Part shown: positions 1 through 6,895 of the stretch, in pieces
Numbering within the stretch: position 1 is the stretch's first letter
Layout of the letters: each line of letters begins with the position of its first letter
Source: a virus
Lineage: Duplodnaviria > Heunggongvirae > Uroviricota > Caudoviricetes
DNA length: 9,420 nucleotides
Reading direction: 5' to 3' (one strand)
Virus record (IMG/VR): IMGVR_UViG_2695420763_000021
Coordinates: 1 to 9,420 of that record
Made by a program: the position numbers and the translations under genes
Notes under the pieces: model-generated
Seen by the model: the letters and a program-made list of their open reading frames with translations, nothing else
What the model was told of the DNA's origin: nothing
Database searches by the model: none

Positions 1-1167
1 ATGAATAGAATCTATCGCGTGATATGGAATTGCACTCTACAGGTATTTCAGGCCTGCTCGGAATTAACTCGCAGGGCAGGTAAAACATCGACGGTTAATT
101 TGCGTAAATCCTCTGGACTGACAACGAAATTCAGTAGATTGACGCTGGGTGTTTTGCTGGCACTAAGCGGTTCAGCGTCTGGTGCAAGTCTGGAAGTTGA
201 TAATGATCAGATTACCAATATTGATACTGATGTTGCTTATGATGCCTACCTGGTTGGCTGGTATGGCACTGGAGTGCTTAATATTTTGGCTGGCGGTAAT
301 GCCTCCTTAACCACTATTACTACCAGCGTCATTGGCGCTAATGAGGACTCAGAGGGCACCGTTAATGTTTTGGGTGGCACCTGGCGATTGTATGATAGCG
401 GAAATAATGCAAGGCCTTTAAATGTGGGTCAATCCGGAACGGGGACGCTGAATATTAAACAGAAAGGTCACGTTGATGGAGGCTATTTAAGACTAGGTTC
501 CTCGACAGGAGGCGTCGGGACGGTCAATGTTGAGGGAGAGGACTCTGTTCTGACGACCGAATTATTCGAAATAGGGAGTTACGGTACGGGCTCATTAAAT
601 ATTACGGATAAGGGTTACGTCACGAGTTCAATAGTCGCCATTTTAGGCTATCAGGCGGGCAGTAATGGCCAGGTTGTCGTTGAAAAGGGCGGTGAGTGGC
701 TAATAAAAAATAACGATTCCTCAATTGAATTTCAAATTGGTAATCAAGGAACGGGGGAAGCGACTATTCGCGAGGGTGGACTGATTACGGCTGAAAACAC
801 GATTATCGGTGGCAATGCTACCGGTATCGGAACCCTGAATGTGCAGGATCAAGACTCTGTCATCACGGTACGCAGACTCTATAATGGATATTTCGGTAAT
901 GGCACACTCAATATTTCCAATAATGGACTAATTAATAACAAAGAATATTCATTAGTGGGCGTTCAGGACGGTTCCCACGGTGTCGTCAACGTGACCGATA
1001 AAGGGCATTGGAATTTCCTCGGAACGGGCGAAGCTTTCCGCTATATCTATATCGGTGATGCTGGCGACGGTGAACTTAATGTCTCGCGTGAAGGTAAAGT
1101 AGATTCGGGAATTATCACTGCGGGGATGAAAGAAACAGGCACAGGCAACATTACTGTTAAGGATAAG
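1..1167 (+). pseudogene. Autotransporter (type Va) adhesin, 5' fragment: extended signal peptide plus passenger-domain repeats, 3'-truncated by IS2
   Basis: ATG at 1. N-terminus MNRIYRVIWN...SELTRRAGK has the extended-signal-peptide pattern of enterobacterial autotransporters, followed by hydrophobic LTLGVLLALSGSASG and repeated GTGxLNI / GNGTLNI / GIGTLNV passenger motifs. The native frame ends at codon 389 (1165-1167) and then reads 28 codons into IS2 before the stop at 1252-1254. No beta-barrel translocator domain is present. Confidence 0.8.
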
Positions 1168-1208
1168 TGGATTTGCCCCTATATTTCCAGACATCTGTTA
1201 TCACTTAA
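1168..1208. repeat. IS2 right terminal inverted repeat (IRR)
   Basis: Imperfect inverted repeat partner of 2457-2498; begins TGGATTTGCCCC. Confidence 0.8.
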
Positions 1209-2084
1209 CCCATTACAAGCCCACTGCCGCAGATATTCCCGTGGCGAGCGATAACCCAGCGCACTATGCGGATGCCATTCGTTATAATGCTCGAACGCCT
1301 CTGCAAGGTTCTTTGCTGCCGTTAACCCGTCTGGTTTGGGCATGATACTGATGTAGTCACGCTTTATCGTTTTCACGAAGCTCTCTGCTATTCCGTTACT
1401 CTCCGGACTCCGCACCGCCGTGTTCTTCGGTTCAAGTCCCAACATCCGGGCGAACTGGCGTGTTTCATTAGCCCGGTAGCATGAACCATTATCCGTCAGC
1501 CACTCCACTGGAGACGACGGAAGATCGTTGCCGAAGCGGCGTTCCACCGCTCCCAGCATGACGTCCTGTACTGTTTCACTGTTGAAGCCGCCGGTAGTCA
1601 CCGCCCAGTGCAGTGCCTCACGATCACAGCAGTCCAGCGCGAACGTGACACGCAGTCTCTCTCCGTTATCACAGCAGAACTCGAACCCGTCAGAGCACCA
1701 TCGCTGATTGCTTTCTTTCACGGCCACTCTGCCTGTATGTGCCCGTTTCGATGGCGGTACAGTAGGTTTTCGCTCAAGCAACAGCGCATTCTGGCGCATG
1801 ATCCGGTAAACACGTTTGGCATTGATCGCAGGCATACCATCAAGTTCTGCCTGTCTGCGAAGCAGCGCCCATACCCGACGATAACCATACGTGGGCAGCT
1901 CTCCGATAACATGGTGTATACGGAGAAGCACATCCGTATCATCAGTGTGACGACTGCGGCGGCCATCCATCCAGTCATCGGTTCGTCTGAGAATGACGTA
2001 CAACTGCGCACGCGACACCCGGAGACAACGGCTGACTAAGCTTACTCCCCATCCCCGGGCAATAAGGGCGCGTGCGCTATCCAC
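1179..2084 (-). CDS. insD: IS2 transposase OrfB (InsD), DDE integrase-like catalytic domain
   Basis: 301-aa ORF inside IS2. The translation (e.g. ...[18 protein letters not shown]...[11 protein letters not shown]...[18 protein letters not shown]) matches IS2 InsD as recalled. Its 5' end overlaps orfA in the -1 frame. Confidence 0.9.
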
Positions 2085-2407
2085 TTTTTTGCCCGTCCAT
2101 ATTCAACGGCTTCTTTGAGGAGTTCATTTTCCATCGTTTTCTTGCCGAGCAGGCGCTGGAGTTCTTTAATCTGCTTCATGGCGGCAGCAAGTTCAGAGGC
2201 AGGAACAACCTGTTCTCCGGCGGCGACAGCAGTAAGACTTCCTTCCTGGTATTGCTTACGCCAGAGAAATAACTGGCTGGCTGCTACACCATGTTGCCGG
2301 GCAACGAGGGAGACCGTCATCCCCGGTTCAAAGCTCTGCTGAACAATTGCGATCTTTTCCTGTGTGGTACGCCGTCTGCGTTTCTCCGGCCCTAAGACAT
2401 CAATCAT
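2042..2407 (-). CDS. insC: IS2 transposase OrfA (InsC), HTH DNA-binding subunit
   Basis: Start placed at the internal ATG 2407..2405 ([24 protein letters not shown]...), giving 121 aa. The track ORF extends upstream to 2452 but that reads through the IRL-proximal sequence. Confidence 0.88.
2084..2090 (-). other. A6G slippery heptamer for programmed -1 ribosomal frameshift (OrfA to OrfAB fusion transposase)
   Basis: Minus strand reads AAAAAAG at 2090..2084, inside the orfA/orfB overlap and at the 5' end of the orfB frame. IS3-family elements, including IS2, use this motif. Confidence 0.6.
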
Positions 2408-2456
2408 CTGTTCTCCAATGACTAGTCTAAAAACTAGTATTAAGACTATCACTTAT

Positions 2457-2498
2457 TTAAGTGATACTGGTTGTCTGGAGATTCAGGGGGCCAGTCTA
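2457..2498. repeat. IS2 left terminal inverted repeat (IRL)
   Basis: Ends ...GGGGGCCAGTCTA at 2498; partner of 1168-1208. Confidence 0.8.
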
Positions 2499-2696
2499 AG
2501 ATTCCCCGAAACGCTTCTCCATAAATAATTCATAGGCTGCTCGTTCATCCGATACTGCTGCCAGTGATGCCTGTGCAATTTTTAATGCGGTAAGCATGTT
2601 GTTTTGATCTTCATCGAGTCCGAACGGTATTTCATCCCGTGCTGACTCAATGCTGGTAATCGTGTTCTGTAACCATTCTTTGGTAAGAGTATTCAT
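2496..2696 (-). pseudogene. Hypothetical phage early protein, probably 3'-truncated by IS2 (66 codons remain)
   Basis: ATG 2696..2694 with AAGGTGA about 9 nt upstream. The frame runs straight into IS2, and its stop codon TAG (2498..2496) is the terminal 3 nt of the IS2 IRL. The N-terminal 45 aa are paralogous to the 155-aa ORF at 2892-3359. Confidence 0.5.
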
Positions 2697-2698
2697 AA

Positions 2699-2890
2699 CT
2701 ATTTCACCTTAATCTCAACATTTCGCAGCTTTAGCTCTACTGGCAAGTCTGACTTTCCTGTTAATGCTAATGCGAGATTTTCAGGAGTAATGAGAGCAGT
2801 TATTGTTTTCCCCATCGCCAGACGAATAATCATTCGTATCTCGCGATCGTCACATGCTCCCGGTCGAACAATTGATATTTGTCCGTTCAT
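2699..2890 (-). CDS. Hypothetical small phage protein (63 aa; alternative start at 2911 gives 70 aa)
   Basis: ATG 2890..2888 is preceded by AAGGAGA at about 6 nt spacing and sits 1 nt after the stop of the upstream ORF. The stop at 2701..2699 is followed 2 nt later by the next ATG. Confidence 0.5.
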   Translation of the reverse strand: MNGQISIVRPGACDDREIRMIIRLAMGKTITALITPENLALALTGKSDLPVELKLRNVEIKVK

Positions 2891-2891
2891 C

Positions 2892-3359
2892 TCACTCTCC
2901 TTTGATGCCAATGTTTACAGCCTGACAAGCCTCTTTGAGCACCCAGTCAACAGCGTCTTTCCATGCTCCGGTTTCGACTGGCGGATTTTCACTCTTAACC
3001 TGTTCATAGAAGCGCACCGCTTTAATCAATCCTTCGGGTGTCAGTGGCACAGGCTGGGCCGTGAATAACGCCTGAATTTCATAGTTCGGCCTGTCGTTGC
3101 AATCCTCTTTTGTCGGTACATATTTCCAGTCACCAACCCACGGCTTCTCCTGAAAGTTCGTAACGCCTTTTCTCACGTAGCGATATCGCCATGTCACCGG
3201 TTCGGCTTCCAGCGATGCCAGCGCGACTTTAAATGCGGTAAGTACGTTTTTAACCACATCGATTTTGAATACTATTTCATCACATACAAACGATTTATCG
3301 TCTACTACCGTTTCAATTCCGGTAATCGTGTTTTGTAGCCATTTGGTTAATTCAGCCAT
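2892..3359 (-). CDS. Hypothetical phage early protein (155 aa) with an N-terminal module shared with ORF 2496-2696
   Basis: 155-aa ORF. N-terminus MAELTKWLQNTITGIE...ASLEA aligns with MNTLTKEWLQNTITSIE...ASLAA of the 66-aa ORF, and the DNA is also about 80 percent similar over roughly 150 bp. The C-terminal part is Trp-rich and unique. Confidence 0.65.
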   Translation of the reverse strand: MAELTKWLQNTITGIETVVDDKSFVCDEIVFKIDVVKNVLTAFKVALASLEAEPVTWRYRYVRKGVTNFQEKPWVGDWKYVPTKEDCNDRPNYEIQALFTAQPVPLTPEGLIKAVRFYEQVKSENPPVETGAWKDAVDWVLKEACQAVNIGIKGE

Positions 3360-3490
3360 TTTTCATTACCGCCCTTTCGGGCGGTCTCCTGATGTTCTGA
3401 GAGTGCAGGAATCCCTCCGGTTAAGGATTTAATAAAATTCACTTCTGATTTAAATTTTTCAGTGTTTTGTTGTCAGGTGGTTTATCGCCT

Positions 3491-3802
3491 TTATGCTTCA
3501 ACCTTATTTCTCAGCCATACACAAACCGGACCATCTTCAGTGTCATGAATGGAACCAATGAACCAGCCTTCACCTTCCGGGCGCTCCGGTTTCCAGGAGG
3601 CAATATCGGGACCATCTGCGTCCAGATTAAAATCATCTTCATCCATAGTTCTGATGGTCCATTGAAGATTATTTCCCTCCATCCATGCGTTAAACTCTTC
3701 CGTTGAAATATGTTCTCTACCATCACAGAATTTTTCATATTCAGGATGCGTCCAGCAGCCATATTCATCACGTACTACTGGTATTTCTTTAATTTCATTC
3801 AT
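3491..3802 (-). CDS. Hypothetical phage protein (103 aa), acidic, Trp-rich
   Basis: ATG 3802..3800 with GGGAGA about 7 nt upstream. Overlaps the upstream ORF's stop by 8 nt. The translation looks protein-like (MNEIKEIPVVRDEYGCWTHPEYEKF...). Confidence 0.65.
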   Translation of the reverse strand: MNEIKEIPVVRDEYGCWTHPEYEKFCDGREHISTEEFNAWMEGNNLQWTIRTMDEDDFNLDADGPDIASWKPERPEGEGWFIGSIHDTEDGPVCVWLRNKVEA

Positions 3803-4049
3803 TTCTGTTCTCCCACGTTTTCAGACTTTCACCACAGAACGGACAAAATGAAACCCGCACTGGTGATTTAGAAAATTCACCGGAACGCAACATCACCAAA
3901 TCAGGGCCGCGAGTTAAACTCTCATTCCAGATTTTGTATATCAGCAGACCTTTTCGCGCCGTGTATTCAGCATCATGCTCAAGGGATTTTGCCAGTGCTG
4001 CACATGGTTCTATCTTATTGCCATTAATTTGGCATTTTGACTCACTCAC
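3795..4049 (-). CDS. Hypothetical small protein (84 aa) with a C-terminal CPFCG motif
   Basis: GTG start 4049..4047 is preceded by a strong AAGGAGG at 6 nt spacing and overlaps the upstream stop as GTGA. The track's longer 96-aa version also begins at a GTG (4085..4083) but lacks an RBS. Cys at positions 6, 16, 68 and 71 of the 84-aa product. Confidence 0.55.
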   Translation of the reverse strand: MSESKCQINGNKIEPCAALAKSLEHDAEYTARKGLLIYKIWNESLTRGPDLVMLRSGEFSKSPVRVSFCPFCGESLKTWENRNE

Positions 4050-4285
4050 TGGTTGCCTCCTTTGCGGATCTGCGCTGCGATGCACGAAAAAAAAGACTCT
4101 CGCGTATGACTGTTAAGAGCTGGCGCGAACGCCGCGTTAAGAACGGCAGCATCACAGCCGTCATCGATATAGAGCGCAATTTTTTTCTCTAGGCGTGCTT
4201 TAGCTTCCTGCAACTGCATACCCCGGCACGCACGCGGGATATACTCAGCAATTTGAGCGATAGATTTTTCGTTCTGTTTAAACAT
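4046..4285 (-). CDS. Hypothetical small protein (79 aa)
   Basis: ATG 4285..4283 with GAGGTGA 5 nt upstream. Overlaps the upstream ORF by 8 nt (ATGTTTAA). Confidence 0.55.
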   Translation of the reverse strand: MFKQNEKSIAQIAEYIPRACRGMQLQEAKARLEKKIALYIDDGCDAAVLNAAFAPALNSHTRESFFSCIAAQIRKGGNQ

Positions 4286-4481
4286 GCTTCACCTCGATAG
4301 GCTTGATGGTATCGATCAGCAGTCGGCGGCGAGTATTTTCTGCAAAGTGGCGGCGTCCGGTTTCTTTGTGGTAAAACTCGTTTTTTCCGACGACCCACAT
4401 CCGCTTTGTCTGGTGCAGTTTTTTTACCTGCGGACCGTCTCGGGTGATAACAATTCCCGTATGAGTTTTTATCACGCTCAT
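4278..4481 (-). CDS. Hypothetical small basic protein (67 aa), in the position occupied by yfdT in CPS-53
   Basis: ATG 4481..4479 overlaps the yfdS-like stop as ATGA. Basic composition. Confidence 0.5.
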   Translation of the reverse strand: MSVIKTHTGIVITRDGPQVKKLHQTKRMWVVGKNEFYHKETGRRHFAENTRRRLLIDTIKPIEVKHV

Positions 4482-4840
4482 TTCTTATTCTCCGGTGCTT
4501 TTGGCATTACTGCCCAGTGAGTGATATTGACGTTTTCAAGGTCCCCGACCTGAAATGTCCACTGCCATTCTCCGGTTTCTTTTTGTCCCCAGGTGTACCA
4601 GAGAGAACGCCAGCCAATCAGCCAGCCTTCTCCGTTAGCATCAAATAACAGAACACTTTCATTTGCTGGCGGCAGTTCAGCTGACACTGGCATTATTTTG
4701 TTTTCCAGTGCCGCACATTTAGCTTCAAGCGCATCGAATTTACGTACCAGGTACTCAGCATTTGTTTCATTCACTTTCAGATCTCGCGGTACACATTTCC
4801 CGCGAAGAAACCCTTCCATTTCGAAAACATTCATGCGCAT
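4478..4840 (-). CDS. yfdS: YfdS-like phage protein (120 aa)
   Basis: 120-aa ORF immediately downstream of, and overlapping, the HD-domain gene. Its size and position match CPS-53 yfdS as recalled. An in-frame ATG two codons in (4834) overlaps the upstream stop as ATGA. Confidence 0.55.
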   Translation of the reverse strand: MRMNVFEMEGFLRGKCVPRDLKVNETNAEYLVRKFDALEAKCAALENKIMPVSAELPPANESVLLFDANGEGWLIGWRSLWYTWGQKETGEWQWTFQVGDLENVNITHWAVMPKAPENKK

Positions 4841-5367
4841 TTGCGTAACTCCGATAACTCGTTAAAACGTTCCATAAACATCCCGTAGGCATGGCCTGGT
4901 GACAGTGGAATAACTTTGAACATCTCTGTTGCCGGGATGCCTTCCAGTACAGGCCAGAAAGAGCCATCATCAAGCCCGAGATCGCGGCGTTCGGTTGCCA
5001 GCATAATGAGATCGGCATATTTCACTGGCGTGCTCATAACAGGAGGTAACCCGTATTTCTCACGGATTACGGCGTCTATTTTTTCTTCCATCCGTTTATA
5101 GTCAGGAAGAAGTCGTTTCAGTGGCGCGGGGATGTCCTGGCAATATGCTTCTGTTGCATCATGCATTAACGCTTCAAAAGCAAATTCCTGCGGCACCAGC
5201 TGGCTGCAAAGCACCGCATGCTGGGCGACACTGTAGAAGTGTGAAAGATGTCCTGCAAAGCGACAGATATTTGAAAGGGAAACTGCGATATCGTTAATCA
5301 CGATGTCGTCTTTATTTATCTTGTCATAATAAAAATGCTTCCCGGAAAAAGTTTTAATAAATGACAT
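4831..5367 (-). CDS. yfdR: HD-domain phosphohydrolase, YfbR/YfdR-like 5'-deoxynucleotidase family (178 aa)
   Basis: Start at ATG 5367..5365 with GGAG in GTGGAGAACGAA upstream; the track ORF begins 4 codons earlier at a GTG. Motifs H-x27-HD and DIPAPLK (SVAQHAVLCSQL...ALMHDATEAYCQDIPAPLK) are typical of HD-domain 5'-deoxynucleotidases. At 178 aa it matches CPS-53 YfdR in size and gene order. Confidence 0.75.
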   Translation of the reverse strand: MSFIKTFSGKHFYYDKINKDDIVINDIAVSLSNICRFAGHLSHFYSVAQHAVLCSQLVPQEFAFEALMHDATEAYCQDIPAPLKRLLPDYKRMEEKIDAVIREKYGLPPVMSTPVKYADLIMLATERRDLGLDDGSFWPVLEGIPATEMFKVIPLSPGHAYGMFMERFNELSELRKCA

Positions 5368-5461
5368 TTCGTTCTCCACTTTATATGCGCTGCACCGCGC
5401 TGAATTCTGCTAAAAGGAAGCTCTCACCATCCGGTGATTATTGAGTTAATTACGTTTCCAT

Positions 5462-5483
5462 AAATGCCCCCGCAGGGGCATTT
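5462..5483 (-). terminator. Perfect 9-bp stem / 4-nt loop hairpin 12 nt downstream of the yfdQ-like stop; possible partial intrinsic terminator or attenuator
   Basis: AAATGCCCC-CGCA-GGGGCATTT. On the minus-strand RNA the stem ends in UUU followed by AUGGAAA, so the U-tract is short. Confidence 0.4.
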
Positions 5484-5495
5484 GCAGTAATGAAA

Positions 5496-6320
5496 TCAGG
5501 CGGTGAAAGTACCAATAAAGGTTTCTACTTTGCTGTCTTTGAATTTCTCAACAAGCAGATCACGAAATTCGTTAGCCATTTCTTCCTGCATCGCTTCCAG
5601 CTGAATAATGCGCAGAACCAGTACAGGACGATCGCCAGTGATAATGCTGAGGCGTAATTTAAACGGACGTTCTTTCAGGCCTTCAAACGGAACGCATTTA
5701 AATTCAAATGCCACTGGCATAATGTCTTTGGTTTTCGCTTCGACAGACTCCATCAGGGAGCGTTTGCCGCTGAAGTCATTGTCTTCAAAATCAGCGGTCT
5801 GGTTTGCTTCAATTGTGATTTTACGGACTGCAGCAGCCGCTTTGGTTGCCTGAATGGTGTCACCATTAGCATCAAAGCCCACAAGGTAGTCGGCCCAGTC
5901 TTCAATCCATTCTGCCAGTGACTTCTGGGAGTTACGCTCGCCATTAACAGACAACAGAGCAGAAAACGGTGCTGTCTTTTTCAGTTTGAGGGTGGCGGTG
6001 TTATCTGCGTGACCTGGTTCATCAATAGTACCCAGGTTAAGCACACTGACGGCTCGCATATTATCGGCATCGATAAAGCAGCGGGTGCCTTCATCTGCAA
6101 GATCTTTAGAATAACGGGTAAAGTCATCGATGCTGGCAGTGGAAAGCGCACCACGGAAACGGAAGCGATTTAAATTAAATTTTTCCAGATCATGAATGCG
6201 GAAATTCTCAGGCAATGCCACAGCATCGGCACCAATCTTACTGATAATTTCATTAACACCCTGAGCAGAAATAAGGGCATGGATTTGATTAATTGCGGTT
6301 GCGTCTAAGTTCTGAGACAT
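5496..6320 (-). CDS. yfdQ: YfdQ-like phage protein (DUF2303-type, 274 aa)
   Basis: 274-aa ORF with ATG 6320..6318 and GAGGA 7 nt upstream. Its size and position (between the yfdP-like and HD-domain genes) match CPS-53 yfdQ as recalled. Confidence 0.65.
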   Translation of the reverse strand: MSQNLDATAINQIHALISAQGVNEIISKIGADAVALPENFRIHDLEKFNLNRFRFRGALSTASIDDFTRYSKDLADEGTRCFIDADNMRAVSVLNLGTIDEPGHADNTATLKLKKTAPFSALLSVNGERNSQKSLAEWIEDWADYLVGFDANGDTIQATKAAAAVRKITIEANQTADFEDNDFSGKRSLMESVEAKTKDIMPVAFEFKCVPFEGLKERPFKLRLSIITGDRPVLVLRIIQLEAMQEEMANEFRDLLVEKFKDSKVETFIGTFTA

Positions 6321-6385
6321 AATAAGTCCTCACTATATAAAGATATTCAGTGATGAGATAAATAATCAGTTAATTAAGAACGATA

Positions 6386-6748
6386 TTAATGACCTGCTGC
6401 GCGGAGTTTTCCGTCAGGTTCACCGGCAAGAGTCAGTAATTGTCCCTGGTCTTCCTGCAGAATAGTCAGGCGACCACCGCGATTGACATACATCGGCGTT
6501 TCGGTGGTGTCTTCTTCGGAAATTTTCCCGCGGTTAGTCGGGCGAACATATGAGAGTTTGTGTTTTATTTTCACACGGTTCTCATCAAACGGTTCGATTT
6601 CCAGGTTGAGCGAGACCTTACCTTTGGTTTTCGTGTTCATCACACCGGAAGCGACTTCACTGAGAACTGCGCCGATTTTGGTTTCAAATACGCCGCCGTC
6701 CAGCTCCCCGATAAATGCCTGCACATCAGTACTGCGTTCGCTAGCCAT
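6386..6748 (-). CDS. yfdP: YfdP-like phage protein (121 aa), first gene of the pL operon
   Basis: Start chosen at ATG 6748..6746 (MASERSTDVQAF...) because AGGAG lies 7 nt upstream. The track's 182-aa version starts at an upstream GTG, and the extra N-terminal 62 codons are Cys/Arg/Pro-rich and look non-coding. Confidence 0.55.
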   Translation of the reverse strand: MASERSTDVQAFIGELDGGVFETKIGAVLSEVASGVMNTKTKGKVSLNLEIEPFDENRVKIKHKLSYVRPTNRGKISEEDTTETPMYVNRGGRLTILQEDQGQLLTLAGEPDGKLRAAGH

Positions 6749-6796
6749 TTTGCTGCTCCTCATCATATCGACCCTGCAAGGTCGGTTAGTTTCTCC

Positions 6797-6895
6797 ACAA
6801 AACAGAGAAGAACACCTGCGGTGGCAGCCGCCCGGATGGATTGGGTTATGAGCCCGTCGTCCGGTGATGCTCTTCTCTGTTTTGTAAAAAGAGCG
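6797..6895 (-). promoter_or_regulatory. Structured element in the pL leader: boxA-like CGCTCTTTTTA followed directly by a 15-bp perfect inverted repeat with a 59-nt loop
   Basis: Minus strand reads CGCTCTTTTTA at 6895..6885. Stem arms are 6871-6885 (TCTTCTCTGTTTTGT) and 6797-6811 (ACAAAACAGAGAAGA), exact reverse complements. A second 10-bp inverted repeat (6893-6902 / 6922-6931) lies just upstream. Confidence 0.35.

Larger units (their letters stand above)
1168..2498 (-). mobile_element. IS2 insertion sequence (IS3 family), complete 1331-bp copy
   Basis: Ends TGGATTTGCCCCTATATTTCCAGACATCTGTTATCACTTAA (1168-1208) and TTAAGTGATACTGGTTGTCTGGAGATTCAGGGGGCCAGTCTA (2457-2498) match IS2 IRR/IRL as I recall them, read on the complementary strand. 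Length is 1331 bp. It encodes InsC-like (121 aa) and InsD-like (301 aa) ORFs overlapping at an A6G motif. Confidence 0.93.

Noticed and set aside
160-1167. Possible tandem DNA repeat or CRISPR-like periodicity in the autotransporter passenger region
   Set aside because: The periodicity is at the protein level (GTGxLNI beta-helix repeats) with divergent DNA. There are no identical direct repeats with unique spacers, so this is not a CRISPR array.
952-1194. 80-aa minus-strand ORF inside the autotransporter gene
   Set aside because: Antisense to a well-supported coding frame, runs across the IS2 boundary, and has no RBS.
1608-2342. Plus-strand ORFs (1608-2039, 2072-2272, 2115-2342) and minus-strand ORF 1718-2011 inside IS2
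   Set aside because: They overlap the InsC/InsD coding frames on the opposite strand or in another frame. IS2 is known to encode only OrfA, OrfB and the fusion.
2790-3771. ORFs 2790-3068 (+), 3467-3706 (+) and 3511-3771 (-)
   Set aside because: Each overlaps a better-supported minus-strand gene that has an RBS and start/stop overlap with its neighbours. Their translations are low-complexity.
3934-4520. ORFs 3934-4116 (+), 4189-4398 (-) and 4284-4520 (+)
   Set aside because: Antisense or alternative-frame overlaps of the small-ORF chain, with no RBS support.
4593-5101. ORFs 4593-4865 (+), 4767-5018 (-) and 4916-5101 (+)
   Set aside because: They lie within the yfdS-like and HD-domain genes. 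The HD motifs confirm the chosen frame.
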